Below, piece after piece: positions 35,379 to 42,940 of a stretch of 42,940 nt of DNA. Position numbers and translations under genes: made by a program. How positions within the stretch are numbered: position 1 is the first letter of the stretch; the number at the start of each line of letters is the position of its first letter. Source of the DNA: Bacteroidota bacterium (GTDB lineage Bacteria > Bacteroidota > Ignavibacteria > Kryptoniales > JAKASW01). Under the pieces are notes generated by a model that saw only the letters and a program-made list of their open reading frames with translations, was not told where the DNA came from and made no database searches. The DNA lies in the NCBI GenBank assembly GCA_021789755.1, contig JAJYJD010000001.1, positions 1-42,940 on the forward strand, in the 5' to 3' direction.

Positions 35379-36028
35379 TTGGGGTTCGCTTTTTTCCAGT
35401 CTGCCAGGAATCTCTGCAATCCGATGTCGGTCAGCGGATGTTTTATGAGTTGATCGATCACTTTGAAAGGCATCGTGACAATGTCTGCACCGATCAGAGC
35501 CGCCTGTACGACGTGCATCGGGTGCCTGACGCTCGCGACGAGGACTTCGGTATCGAAACCGTAGTTGCCGTAGATCGTCACTATCTGCTCGATGAGTTCC
35601 ATACCTTCCGTGCTGATGTCGTCGAGCCGGCCGATGAACGGACTTATAAACGATGCGCCTGCCTTCGCAGCCAGGAGCGCCTGGTTCGGCGAGAAGCAAA
35701 GTGTAACGTTAGTCTTGATTCCCTCAGTCTTCAAGCGTTTAACGGCCTTCAGCCCGTCCTTGAGGAGCGGAATCTTCACGACCACGTTGCTTGCGATCTT
35801 TGCCAGGTCGTGCGCTTCGTTCATCATGCCTTCGACGTCCGTCGAGACCACTTCTGCACTGACCGGACCCGGAACAATCTTGCAAATCTCTCCGATGAGT
35901 TCTTTGAAACTGATGTCGTATTTTTCTTTTGCGACAAGGCTCGGATTCGTTGTCACGCCGTCGAGTATTCCAAGTTCGGCGGCCTCCTTGATTTCGTCCA
36001 GGTTCGCTGTGTCTATGAAAAATTTCAT
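35375..36028 (-). CDS. tal: Small (type 3B) transaldolase / fructose-6-phosphate aldolase family protein
   Basis: The 217-aa protein reads [16 protein letters not shown]...GVTTNPSL, with the Schiff-base lysine context VVKIP. Telling Tal from Fsa would need phylogeny. Confidence 0.88.
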   Translation of the reverse strand: MKFFIDTANLDEIKEAAELGILDGVTTNPSLVAKEKYDISFKELIGEICKIVPGPVSAEVVSTDVEGMMNEAHDLAKIASNVVVKIPLLKDGLKAVKRLKTEGIKTNVTLCFSPNQALLAAKAGASFISPFIGRLDDISTEGMELIEQIVTIYGNYGFDTEVLVASVRHPMHVVQAALIGADIVTMPFKVIDQLIKHPLTDIGLQRFLADWKKANPK

Positions 36029-36348
36029 CCTGTTAACCTCCGATTGCTTTCATATAGTGCTGCGGAACAAGGTCAAACGATTATTACCGTCCATATTCGC
36101 CACTTGTCCTCTTCTGTGAATTGTGTCCAAAAATTAGCATTCCGGGGGGTAAAATGAAAGTGAAGATTCTGGTGACGACATACTTGGCAAAACGGACTAT
36201 TGAACTTGAATTACATGAATCAGGTCGCGCTTTATTAAATCCACGATTGATTCAGGTCGTTCATGCCTTTCGGTTCGCCCGTGTTTTAGGTTCCGTTGCC
36301 CATTGAAATACATGTTTGCCAGGATTCTTAACCCTTAAGTACCTGAGT

Positions 36349-36377
36349 TTGACCGCATCGTTTCTTGCTGGTATATT
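36349..36377 (+). promoter_or_regulatory. Putative sigma70-type promoter TTGACC-N17-TATATT for the OmpA-family gene
   Basis: TTGACC lies at 36349-36354 and TATATT at 36372-36377, ~58 nt upstream of the ATG at 36435. Confidence 0.45.
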
Positions 36378-36434
36378 CATCTCGGCATGCGACTGAAATT
36401 TACTATTTCATCATCAAGCTCAGGGGGAATTATC

Positions 36435-37595
36435 ATGAAGACTCTGTTATTCATTTCAATTCTCTCCGTTTCCTTTATTACCGGCTCAGCTTCAGCATTA
36501 GCCCAGGAGGAGTCGGAGAGTCCGAGTGACACTACTTCGACGACTGAGGCAGCCGAGCCCGTGGCTGCATCAGCGAAGCAGGAGGGGCTGAAAGCCTTCT
36601 CGAAATATGATTTCGTGCCCGGAGATGATGTCATATTCTTTGATGATTTTTCTCAGGACAATATCGGTGACTTTCCCGCGCAATGGAACACAAACTCATC
36701 GGGGGAAGTTGTCACACTGAACACTATTCCGGGAAAATGGCTGAAGATGCAGCCTGACGGGTATTTCGTGCCCGACATCAAAAACAAATTTCCGGAGAAT
36801 TTTACCATCGAGTATGACTTGGTATACAGCTACACAAATGCGGGAGAAGCTCCGGATTTCGGGATTGCGGTAATTTCCAAAACCGAAGGCGACCGGATCA
36901 ACGGCCTGGTTCCAGGCAATGGAGGCTGTGAGTTCCGCATCAACCCGTACAGCGTCAATGCTTTCGATTGGAAAGATGGATCTTACGGAGAGAACAACAA
37001 GTTCGTCGACAACAATTATTTGCAAAAGAAGAACGATCATAGTATCCGTATTTCGATTGCGGTTCAGAAAGAAAGAGTGAGGATCTACGTAGACCAGGAA
37101 AAGGTTTTCGATGTTCCGAGGATGCTATATAAAGGGATGGTTTACGACTGGATCAGGTTCTACTCCGGTTCGGCGGCGGAAGGTTACACACCGTATATCA
37201 GCAACTTCAGGGTCGCTGTAGGCGCACCGGATATGAGGAGCAAACTCATCACTGAAGGCAGGCTGGTGACTCGCGGCATTCTGTTCGATTCCGGCTCGGA
37301 CAAGATCAGGCCCGAATCGTACGGTACACTGAAAATGATAGCCGGTATACTCAAGGACAATGCGGCTGTCATGGTCAAAATAATCGGGCACACCGACAGC
37401 GACGGTGATGAGAAAATGAATCTCGATCTCTCGAAGCGGCGTGCAGCGTCAGTGAAGAACGCGCTATCCGGCGAGTTCGGGATAGAATTGTCGAGAATGG
37501 AGGTCGACGGCAAGGGGGAAAGCGAGCCGGTCGAATCGAACGATACCCCTGAGGGAAAAGCGAACAACAGAAGGGTTGAGTTTGTGAAGCTCTAG
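36435..37595 (+). CDS. OmpA-family (peptidoglycan-binding) protein with an N-terminal jelly-roll/lectin-like domain
   Basis: A signal peptide (MKTLLFISILSVSFITGSASALA, GGGGGA Shine-Dalgarno upstream) is present. The C-terminal OmpA_C motifs are ILFDSGSDKI, GHTDSDG, LSKRRA and NRRVEF. Confidence 0.88.
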   Translation: MKTLLFISILSVSFITGSASALAQEESESPSDTTSTTEAAEPVAASAKQEGLKAFSKYDFVPGDDVIFFDDFSQDNIGDFPAQWNTNSSGEVVTLNTIPGKWLKMQPDGYFVPDIKNKFPENFTIEYDLVYSYTNAGEAPDFGIAVISKTEGDRINGLVPGNGGCEFRINPYSVNAFDWKDGSYGENNKFVDNNYLQKKNDHSIRISIAVQKERVRIYVDQEKVFDVPRMLYKGMVYDWIRFYSGSAAEGYTPYISNFRVAVGAPDMRSKLITEGRLVTRGILFDSGSDKIRPESYGTLKMIAGILKDNAAVMVKIIGHTDSDGDEKMNLDLSKRRAASVKNALSGEFGIELSRMEVDGKGESEPVESNDTPEGKANNRRVEFVKL

Positions 37596-37621
37596 CCGGC
37601 TGCAGGAAGCGGTGCTGTTTG

Positions 37622-37655
37622 AAAAAATCCCCACTTCGAGAGTGGGGATTTTTTT
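37622..37655 (+). terminator. Rho-independent terminator (A-tract on the 5' side, so potentially bidirectional)
   Basis: The sequence is AAAAAATCCCCACT-tcgag-AGTGGGGATTTTTTT, 27 nt after the OmpA-family stop. Confidence 0.85.
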
Positions 37656-37795
37656 GCCTGGTCGGCCTTGCCTGACGTCATCACGGGAATATTTTACACT
37701 TCTTTTACAGAACTCGGACATGGCTCAATCTTCCGGCAATTAGATTGAGGTTGCATTTAAGTTTTCCATTGATATTCAAGTAGAACGAGGTGGTT

Positions 37796-38356
37796 ATGAA
37801 CGCAAAATTGTCATGGTATCTCGTAGCCGCTGTTGCACTGATACTGGCGGTCGGGTCCTCACCTGTCATGGCTCAGTATTCGATATCGGACACCGGGACC
37901 GAATACAGTGAGCGCAACCTGGGTGGACCGCGGATGGGAATAACACTTGTTCCGGACGGTGGAGCCCTCTCGGCGAGTTTGAGATCGCGGGGAATCGGTC
38001 CCTTCATGAGCCAGTTCGGCTGGCATTTCGAATATCTAGTCGTCCCCGACCGAGAGGGGCCGATGTTCTCTGTTCAGTTTGACCCTCTTGTCGGAGGGGT
38101 GGAATACGGTTCGTTCCTTCCCAGTGCGACGCTCGCTCTCGGAGCAAGGTTCCCGGGCGGATTTGAGTTCGGCCTCGGTCCGAATATTCTCGTGGGTGGC
38201 GACAATGGGGTGAGCTCCAGTCTTGCCGTTATGATCGGGAAGAGTTTCAATTATGGCGGCTTCAGCATCCCGGTGGATTTTGTTCTGGCTACGAGCCCGT
38301 CCGGCAGCAGATTCTCTATCGTATTCGGCTATTCTATCGCGGGTGGCGGGAAGTGA
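37796..38356 (+). CDS. Hypothetical glycine-rich secreted/outer-membrane protein
   Basis: A signal peptide (LSWYLVAAVALILAVGSSPVMA) is present, and GAGGTGG lies upstream of the ATG at 37796. Alternating hydrophobic/Gly-rich segments suggest a small beta-structure. I recognise no motif. Confidence 0.6.
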   Translation: MNAKLSWYLVAAVALILAVGSSPVMAQYSISDTGTEYSERNLGGPRMGITLVPDGGALSASLRSRGIGPFMSQFGWHFEYLVVPDREGPMFSVQFDPLVGGVEYGSFLPSATLALGARFPGGFEFGLGPNILVGGDNGVSSSLAVMIGKSFNYGGFSIPVDFVLATSPSGSRFSIVFGYSIAGGGK

Positions 38357-38364
38357 TTTGAGGA

Positions 38365-38397
38365 CGGGATGAGCCGGGGTTATCTCCGGTCATCCCG
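38365..38397. terminator. Hairpin between convergent genes (possible terminator without a clear U-tract)
   Basis: The sequence is CGGGATGAGCCGG-ggttatct-CCGGTCATCCCG: 12 bp with one bulged base. Confidence 0.35.
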
Positions 38398-38429
38398 GCG
38401 AATCCGGAAGAGAGAAAGTACTACCCGCG

Positions 38430-40052
38430 TCAGTCCTTCAGCATGTATTCCACTGCCGCCTTCACAAACTCTCGGAAGAGCGGATGAGCCTTTGTCGCGC
38501 GCGACTTGAGTTCGGGATGGAACTGGCAGCCTACGAACCACGGGTGGTCCGGAATTTCAGCCATTTCAACGAGCTCGTTGTCGGGAGAGACGCCGCTGAA
38601 CTTCAAACCTTCGTCGGCAAGTTTCTTCCTGAACTTGTTGTTGACTTCAAACCGGTGCCTGTGACGTTCGCTTATTACTTCAGTTCCGTAGGCCTGGTAA
38701 GCCTTTGTTCCTTTTTGAAGCATACATATATAAGCGCCGACCCGCATCGTGCCCCCCTTTTCCTTCACGTTTTTCTGTCCAGGCATAATATCTATCACGT
38801 TGTGCGGGGTCTTCTTGAATTCGGTCGAGTTCGCGTCTTTCCAGCCGACGACATGTCGGGCATATTCGATAATGGCAGTTTGCATCCCGAGACAGATACC
38901 AAAATAGGGAAGCTTGTTCTCGCGGGCGTACTGGATCGCTTTTATCATTCCTTCGATGCCGCGCTCGCCGAATCCGCCGGGCACCAGGAGACCGTCGACA
39001 TCGGAAAGGTGGGTGTCGGCACCTTCCTTATCCACATCTTCGGCGGCGACCCATTTCAGCTCGACCTTCGCTTCGTTCTCCGCACCGGCGTGTATGAAAG
39101 ACTCGCGGATGCTCTTGTAGGCGTCGAGGAGGTCGGTATATTTACCGCAGATACCGATCCTCACGGTGTGTTTCGGGTTCTTGATCCGCTGGACCAGCTC
39201 TTCCCAGTCGGAGAGGTCGGGTTCCTTTGCCTGAAGGTTGAGCTTCTGCATTACGATCTGGTCGAGCCGCTGTTTCCGCAATATCAGCGGCATCTCGTAT
39301 ATGGTCTCGACGTCTCTTCCCTCGATGACTGAGTCTGGCTCGATGTTCGTGAACATCGCGATCTTCTCCTTGACGTCGCGCGTGATACGCTTCGAAGTCC
39401 TGCAGATGAGGATCTCGGGCTGTACTCCTATCTCGAGTAGACTCTTTACGCTGTGCTGGGTGGGTTTCGTCTTGATTTCACCCGCCGCCTCTATGTAGGG
39501 GACGAGCGTGACGTGTATGTTGATCGCGTTCTTCCTCCCGATTTTCAGCATGAACTGTCTCATCGCCTCGAGGAAGGGAAGTCCTTCAATGTCGCCGACC
39601 GTGCCGCCGATTTCCGTGATCACGACATCGTAATTGCCGTTTTCGTAGGCAGCGGAGAACCGCCTGCGTATTTCGTCGGTGATGTGCGGGACGACCTGGA
39701 CGCACGCTCCCAGATAATCGCCGCGCCTTTCCTTCGTGATGACTTCGTAATAGATCTGCCCGGTGGTCGTGTTGCTCGCGCGGGTCGTGGTGACATCGAG
39801 AAAGCGCTCGTAATGTCCCAGGTCGAGGTCGGTCTCGGCCCCGTCATCGGTGACGTAAACTTCGCCGTGCTGGAACGGGTTCATGGTTCCCGCGTCCACG
39901 TTTATATAAGGATCGAATTTCTGCATGGCGACCCTGAGCCCGCGGGATTTCAGAAGCAACCCGAGTGAGGCAGCCGCGATTCCTTTCCCGAGCGACGAAA
40001 CAACGCCGCCCGTGACGAAAACGTATTTAACGTTATGCTTTGCCAATTCCAC
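38430..40052 (-). CDS. pyrG: CTP synthase PyrG
   Basis: The motifs [16 protein letters not shown] and the glutaminase Cys context GICLGMQ are present, with the HRHRFEVN region. The GTG start at 40052 has its Shine-Dalgarno sequence too close, so the TTG at 40046 is an alternative. Confidence 0.95.
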   Translation of the reverse strand: MELAKHNVKYVFVTGGVVSSLGKGIAAASLGLLLKSRGLRVAMQKFDPYINVDAGTMNPFQHGEVYVTDDGAETDLDLGHYERFLDVTTTRASNTTTGQIYYEVITKERRGDYLGACVQVVPHITDEIRRRFSAAYENGNYDVVITEIGGTVGDIEGLPFLEAMRQFMLKIGRKNAINIHVTLVPYIEAAGEIKTKPTQHSVKSLLEIGVQPEILICRTSKRITRDVKEKIAMFTNIEPDSVIEGRDVETIYEMPLILRKQRLDQIVMQKLNLQAKEPDLSDWEELVQRIKNPKHTVRIGICGKYTDLLDAYKSIRESFIHAGAENEAKVELKWVAAEDVDKEGADTHLSDVDGLLVPGGFGERGIEGMIKAIQYARENKLPYFGICLGMQTAIIEYARHVVGWKDANSTEFKKTPHNVIDIMPGQKNVKEKGGTMRVGAYICMLQKGTKAYQAYGTEVISERHRHRFEVNNKFRKKLADEGLKFSGVSPDNELVEMAEIPDHPWFVGCQFHPELKSRATKAHPLFREFVKAAVEYMLKD

Positions 40053-40824
40053 TCCTCTTCTCTTTAACGTTCAAACCCATCATGAATTCTTCGACCGCAT
40101 ACAGGTCGGAAGGGGCATCGACCGACATCGAATCGTCTTCGACAACGGCTACTTTGATCCTATAACCGTTCTCCAGCACGCGAAGCTGTTCGAGTTTCTC
40201 GGCGGACTCGAGCGGAGTCTCTTTCATTTTCGTCAGCTTCCGGAGGAAATCCGTCCTGTAAATGTATATTCCCAGGTGCTTCAAAAAGCGGAATCGCGAC
40301 AGGTACTCCTGGCGGTGGACCCCGCGGAGAAACGGAACCACGCTCCGCGTGAAGTAGATCGCGTCGCCGTTCTTCGCAACGACTACCTTGACCGCATTTT
40401 CGGAATCGAGTATATCGGGGTTCGTGATCGGTACTGCCGCGGTCGACATCACGCTTCCCGGCGACTTAACGAGCGCCGCAATTGCGGAGTCTATTGTGGC
40501 CGGCGAGATGACCGGCTCGTCGCCCTGTATGTTTGCAATAATGCCGGCCTTGATTTTTTTCGAGGCGGCTGCACACCTATCGGTCCCGCTCTTGAGGGAG
40601 GCGGCTGTCATGATGCATTTACCTCCGAATCCCTCAACCACGTCGGCAATCCGTCTGTCGTCGGTTGCTACGAACACGTCGTCCACTCTTTTCGCGTCGC
40701 TCACACGCTCGTACACGTGCTGTATCATCGGCGTGCCGGCGATCAGGGCAAGCGGCTTGCCGGGGAACCGAGTCGACGCGTACCGCGCAGGTATAATGGC
40801 GATTACTTTGGGCGTCTTGTTCAT
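40033..40824 (-). CDS. kdsB: 3-deoxy-manno-octulosonate cytidylyltransferase KdsB
   Basis: The motifs [23 protein letters not shown] and [10 protein letters not shown] are present. It overlaps the pyrG start by ~20 nt. Confidence 0.92.
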   Translation of the reverse strand: MNKTPKVIAIIPARYASTRFPGKPLALIAGTPMIQHVYERVSDAKRVDDVFVATDDRRIADVVEGFGGKCIMTAASLKSGTDRCAAASKKIKAGIIANIQGDEPVISPATIDSAIAALVKSPGSVMSTAAVPITNPDILDSENAVKVVVAKNGDAIYFTRSVVPFLRGVHRQEYLSRFRFLKHLGIYIYRTDFLRKLTKMKETPLESAEKLEQLRVLENGYRIKVAVVEDDSMSVDAPSDLYAVEEFMMGLNVKEKRSGIGKA

Positions 40825-40924
40825 TGTCTTTCAGTCATGCATTCCCGGCACAGTATTGTCTGTCTCAAGTGGCCCGCAACTCCCATTCTTCTAAAGGAGC
40901 GGATAAATGTGTGGTTGTATTTCA

Positions 40925-41215
40925 TCACCGGTCGATCACTTTGGGCACTTTGAAGAACTTCTCATCTTTTGCGGGAGCATTCTTCAGTGCTTCGTCGGTG
41001 GGAAGCGAAGGCTTTACATTGTCGTCGCGCAGAACATTCTGCAGCTCGATCACGTGCGAAAGCGGTTCGACGTTCGAGGTGTCCAGTTCGTTCAGCTTCT
41101 CCATGAATGACAGTATCTGGTTGAACTGCTCCGTGAATTTTTCCTTCTCCTCTTCGGAAAAACTGAGCTTGGCAAGTTTAGCGATATGATCGACGTCCTT
41201 TATCGTTACCGGCAT
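40925..41215 (-). CDS. gatC: Asp/Glu-tRNA amidotransferase subunit GatC
   Basis: The 96-aa protein reads IAKLAKLSFSEEEKEKFTEQFNQILSFMEKLNELDTSNVEP, typical of GatC. Confidence 0.9.
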   Translation of the reverse strand: MPVTIKDVDHIAKLAKLSFSEEEKEKFTEQFNQILSFMEKLNELDTSNVEPLSHVIELQNVLRDDNVKPSLPTDEALKNAPAKDEKFFKVPKVIDR

Positions 41216-41296
41216 CCTTCCTCCTCATTCATACCTGCATGACCACAAACATACCTGGAATTAGAGATTACCATATCTGTTCGTTGACACCGTCGG

Positions 41297-42037
41297 CTAC
41301 GAAACATTCTGAGCAGCGAAGCCGAGACCGACAGTTTTTTTCGCTGTGTAATTCTTTTCGATAATGTCGCGCACCTTGTTCATCAGGGTAATCGCTCCCT
41401 GCTTCTCGCGGTACTCACGTATATCCAGGGGGCGGTCCACAACGATTGTAATCACCCCTTTGCGGACAGCAAGATCTCCTTTTCGCATTATTTCGTAGCT
41501 CCCGAGGATCGTGAGAGGGACGACAGGAACGCCGGCGTTAATCGCCAGCGAGAACGCTCCCCGCTTGAAGGGGAGCAGACTGCCGTCCCGTGTGCGCGTT
41601 CCTTCGGCGAACATTATGACACTTTCGCCGAGCGCGATTCGCCTGGCTGCCTTCTCTATGCTGCGTGCGGAGTCCGGGCCGCTTTTCCTGTCGACCACGA
41701 TATTCGCCCGTGCCGTCACCCATCCGAAAATCGGGATGCGAGCTATCTCCTTCTTGGCGACGAACCTGACGTACCTGTTTATCGCAATAACTACGGCAGG
41801 TATATCGAAGAGGCTCGCGTGGTTCGAGACATACACGTAGGTTTTCGAAGCGTCTATTTTCTCCAGGCCGACCGCTCTTACTTTAATCCCGGTCACGGCA
41901 AAAACTGCTCTTGACCACCAGTAAGCGATGAAGGAAAAAGATCTATTCTTACTGTCGAAAGGAATCGATATCAGATAGAAAACCGCGGAGACGAGCGTCA
42001 TCATGCCTGCCGTAATCGCGCCGACCAGAAATCTCAT
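41297..42037 (-). CDS. plsC: 1-acyl-sn-glycerol-3-phosphate acyltransferase PlsC family
   Basis: An N-terminal TM segment, the HX4D motif (NHASLFD), the FAEGTR motif and the VPVVP block are present. Confidence 0.88.
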   Translation of the reverse strand: MRFLVGAITAGMMTLVSAVFYLISIPFDSKNRSFSFIAYWWSRAVFAVTGIKVRAVGLEKIDASKTYVYVSNHASLFDIPAVVIAINRYVRFVAKKEIARIPIFGWVTARANIVVDRKSGPDSARSIEKAARRIALGESVIMFAEGTRTRDGSLLPFKRGAFSLAINAGVPVVPLTILGSYEIMRKGDLAVRKGVITIVVDRPLDIREYREKQGAITLMNKVRDIIEKNYTAKKTVGLGFAAQNVS

Positions 42038-42940
42038 TTCGCTTCCCCGTTAAGCCCGGTTCCGACGGGGTTTTGGACGGCGACTGCGGCTTTGATCCGC
42101 GCGCCTATGGATGGATGGCTGAAAAATATCTTCTCAATCCACGCAGGCGGGTTTTCGGGAGTCATGTTCAATTTCCCGAGTTTTCTCATCGATTCCACGA
42201 AGGAATCTTTCATGCCGGTCGCAGCGATTGCGAACATGTCCGCTTCGTGCTCGATCTTTCGCGAATAGAAATTGCCGAGCGGCATTGCGACGATGCCGAA
42301 CAGCGTCACGATGAATGCAAGAAACGGGATGGCCTGGAGGCTGTAAAGCGGCAGCTTCACGACGGCGGTGTACGCCGAGTATATTTCAGCCATGATGAAA
42401 AAACCTATCAGGCTGACGACCGCGCTGACTGTTATTCCCTTCATCATGTGGTGCTTGACAAGGTGGCCCAGTTCATGAGACATGACAACTTCTATCTCGT
42501 CTTCCGAGAAATTCTTCAGCAGCGTGTCGCTTATGATTATCTTTCGCGTTTTGCCCAGCCCGGTCAATGCGGCATTCGCCTTCTGCGTTTCGCGGCTGAG
42601 GTCGAACGAGAATACGCCGCTCATCCTGTATCCGAACTTCTCTACGAGCAGTTTGAGCCGGGAATGAAGTGCGTTGTCGGCAAGAGGCTTCAGTTTGTAG
42701 AACAGAGGCAGGATCAACGTCGGGAATAGCTGTGCGGCCAGGATTTGGAGGAGAAAGAAAAAGGCTGCGAAAACCAGCCACCAAAATCCCGGGAAATTGA
42801 TGAGGAAAAAATAGAAGGCAACGAGAACGATGATTCCGAGAATGCCGCCAACGAGGGCGCCTTTCAATCTTTTGATCAGCCAGGCCGCGAAACTTTGTTT
42901 CGAAAGGCCGAAGCGGTGCTCAAGGATAAACTCTGCATAG
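42034..42940 (-). CDS. M48-family (Ste24/HtpX-like) zinc metalloprotease; 5' end is outside the window
   Basis: The HELGH zinc motif and multiple TM segments are present. The frame stays open upstream of the ORF-track TTG at 42867 to the window edge (YAEFILEHRFGLSKQSFAAWLIKRLKG, Ste24-like). The stop overlaps the plsC start. Confidence 0.85.
   Translation of the reverse strand, partial: YAEFILEHRFGLSKQSFAAWLIKRLKGALVGGILGIIVLVAFYFFLINFPGFWWLVFAAFFFLLQILAAQLFPTLILPLFYKLKPLADNALHSRLKLLVEKFGYRMSGVFSFDLSRETQKANAALTGLGKTRKIIISDTLLKNFSEDEIEVVMSHELGHLVKHHMMKGITVSAVVSLIGFFIMAEIYSAYTAVVKLPLYSLQAIPFLAFIVTLFGIVAMPLGNFYSRKIEHEADMFAIAATGMKDSFVESMRKLGKLNMTPENPPAWIEKIFFSHPSIGARIKAAVAVQNPVGTGLNGEAK

Noticed and set aside
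35379-35699. 107-aa N-terminal extension of the gcvT ORF
   Set aside because: It overlaps the transaldolase gene and is Arg-rich. The canonical GcvT N-terminus [10 protein letters not shown] starts at 35378 with ATGA coupling.
36121-36306. 61-aa ORF in the tal/ompA-like intergenic region
   Set aside because: It has no ribosome-binding site, no signal peptide or TM segment, and no recognisable motif. I kept it only as part of the intergenic-region finding.
39925-40953. 342-aa ORF antisense to kdsB and the pyrG 5' end
   Set aside because: It overlaps two well-supported minus-strand genes and has no motifs.
1-42940. Mobile elements, CRISPR arrays, prophage or defence islands
   Set aside because: There are no transposase, integrase or recombinase ORFs, no arrays of regularly spaced repeats, and no terminal inverted repeats. 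The gene content is core housekeeping and envelope functions.

Overview
This 42.9-kb window is about 90% coding. It comes from a diderm bacterium that looks like a member of the FCB superphylum. Two secreted proteins carry the T9SS/Por C-terminal sorting domain, and LolA, KdsB, an OmpA-family protein and a porin are present. Bases 1967-18764 (+) hold a complete, tightly packed division/cell-wall (dcw) cluster: mraZ-rsmH-ftsL-ftsI-murE-murF-mraY-murD-ftsW-murG-[unknown 2TM/PH-like gene]-murC-ftsQ-ftsA-ftsZ. Most gene junctions overlap, and murB and ddl are absent. A LexA-family gene lies upstream and divergent; its three self-cleavage determinants are all substituted. The shared 310-bp control region is packed with 10-bp-phased TGGGGA (MraZ-box-like) repeats. 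Directly after ftsZ, with no visible terminator, come a REC+DHp protein with no ATPase domain, a sigma54-dependent NtrC-type response regulator, and a SAM methyltransferase. The rest of the window is mostly on the minus strand. It holds a porin plus two tandem pstS paralogues with Pho-box-like hexamer repeats but no pstCAB, and an orphan radical SAM enzyme with its own terminator. It also holds a T9SS propeller-like cargo protein, a UPF0104 membrane protein, lolA, ftsK, comB-family, gcvT and a small transaldolase. Further genes are an OmpA-family protein, a glycine-rich secreted protein, pyrG, kdsB, gatC, plsC and a 5'-truncated M48 protease. I saw no rRNA, tRNA, CRISPR array, transposase or integrase. 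The candidates most worth follow-up are the unknown membrane gene wedged between murG and murC, the kinase-less REC-DHp/sigma54 module appended to ftsZ, the cleavage-dead LexA homologue facing mraZ, and the unassigned radical SAM enzyme. All functional calls come from motif recognition by eye; no database search was run.
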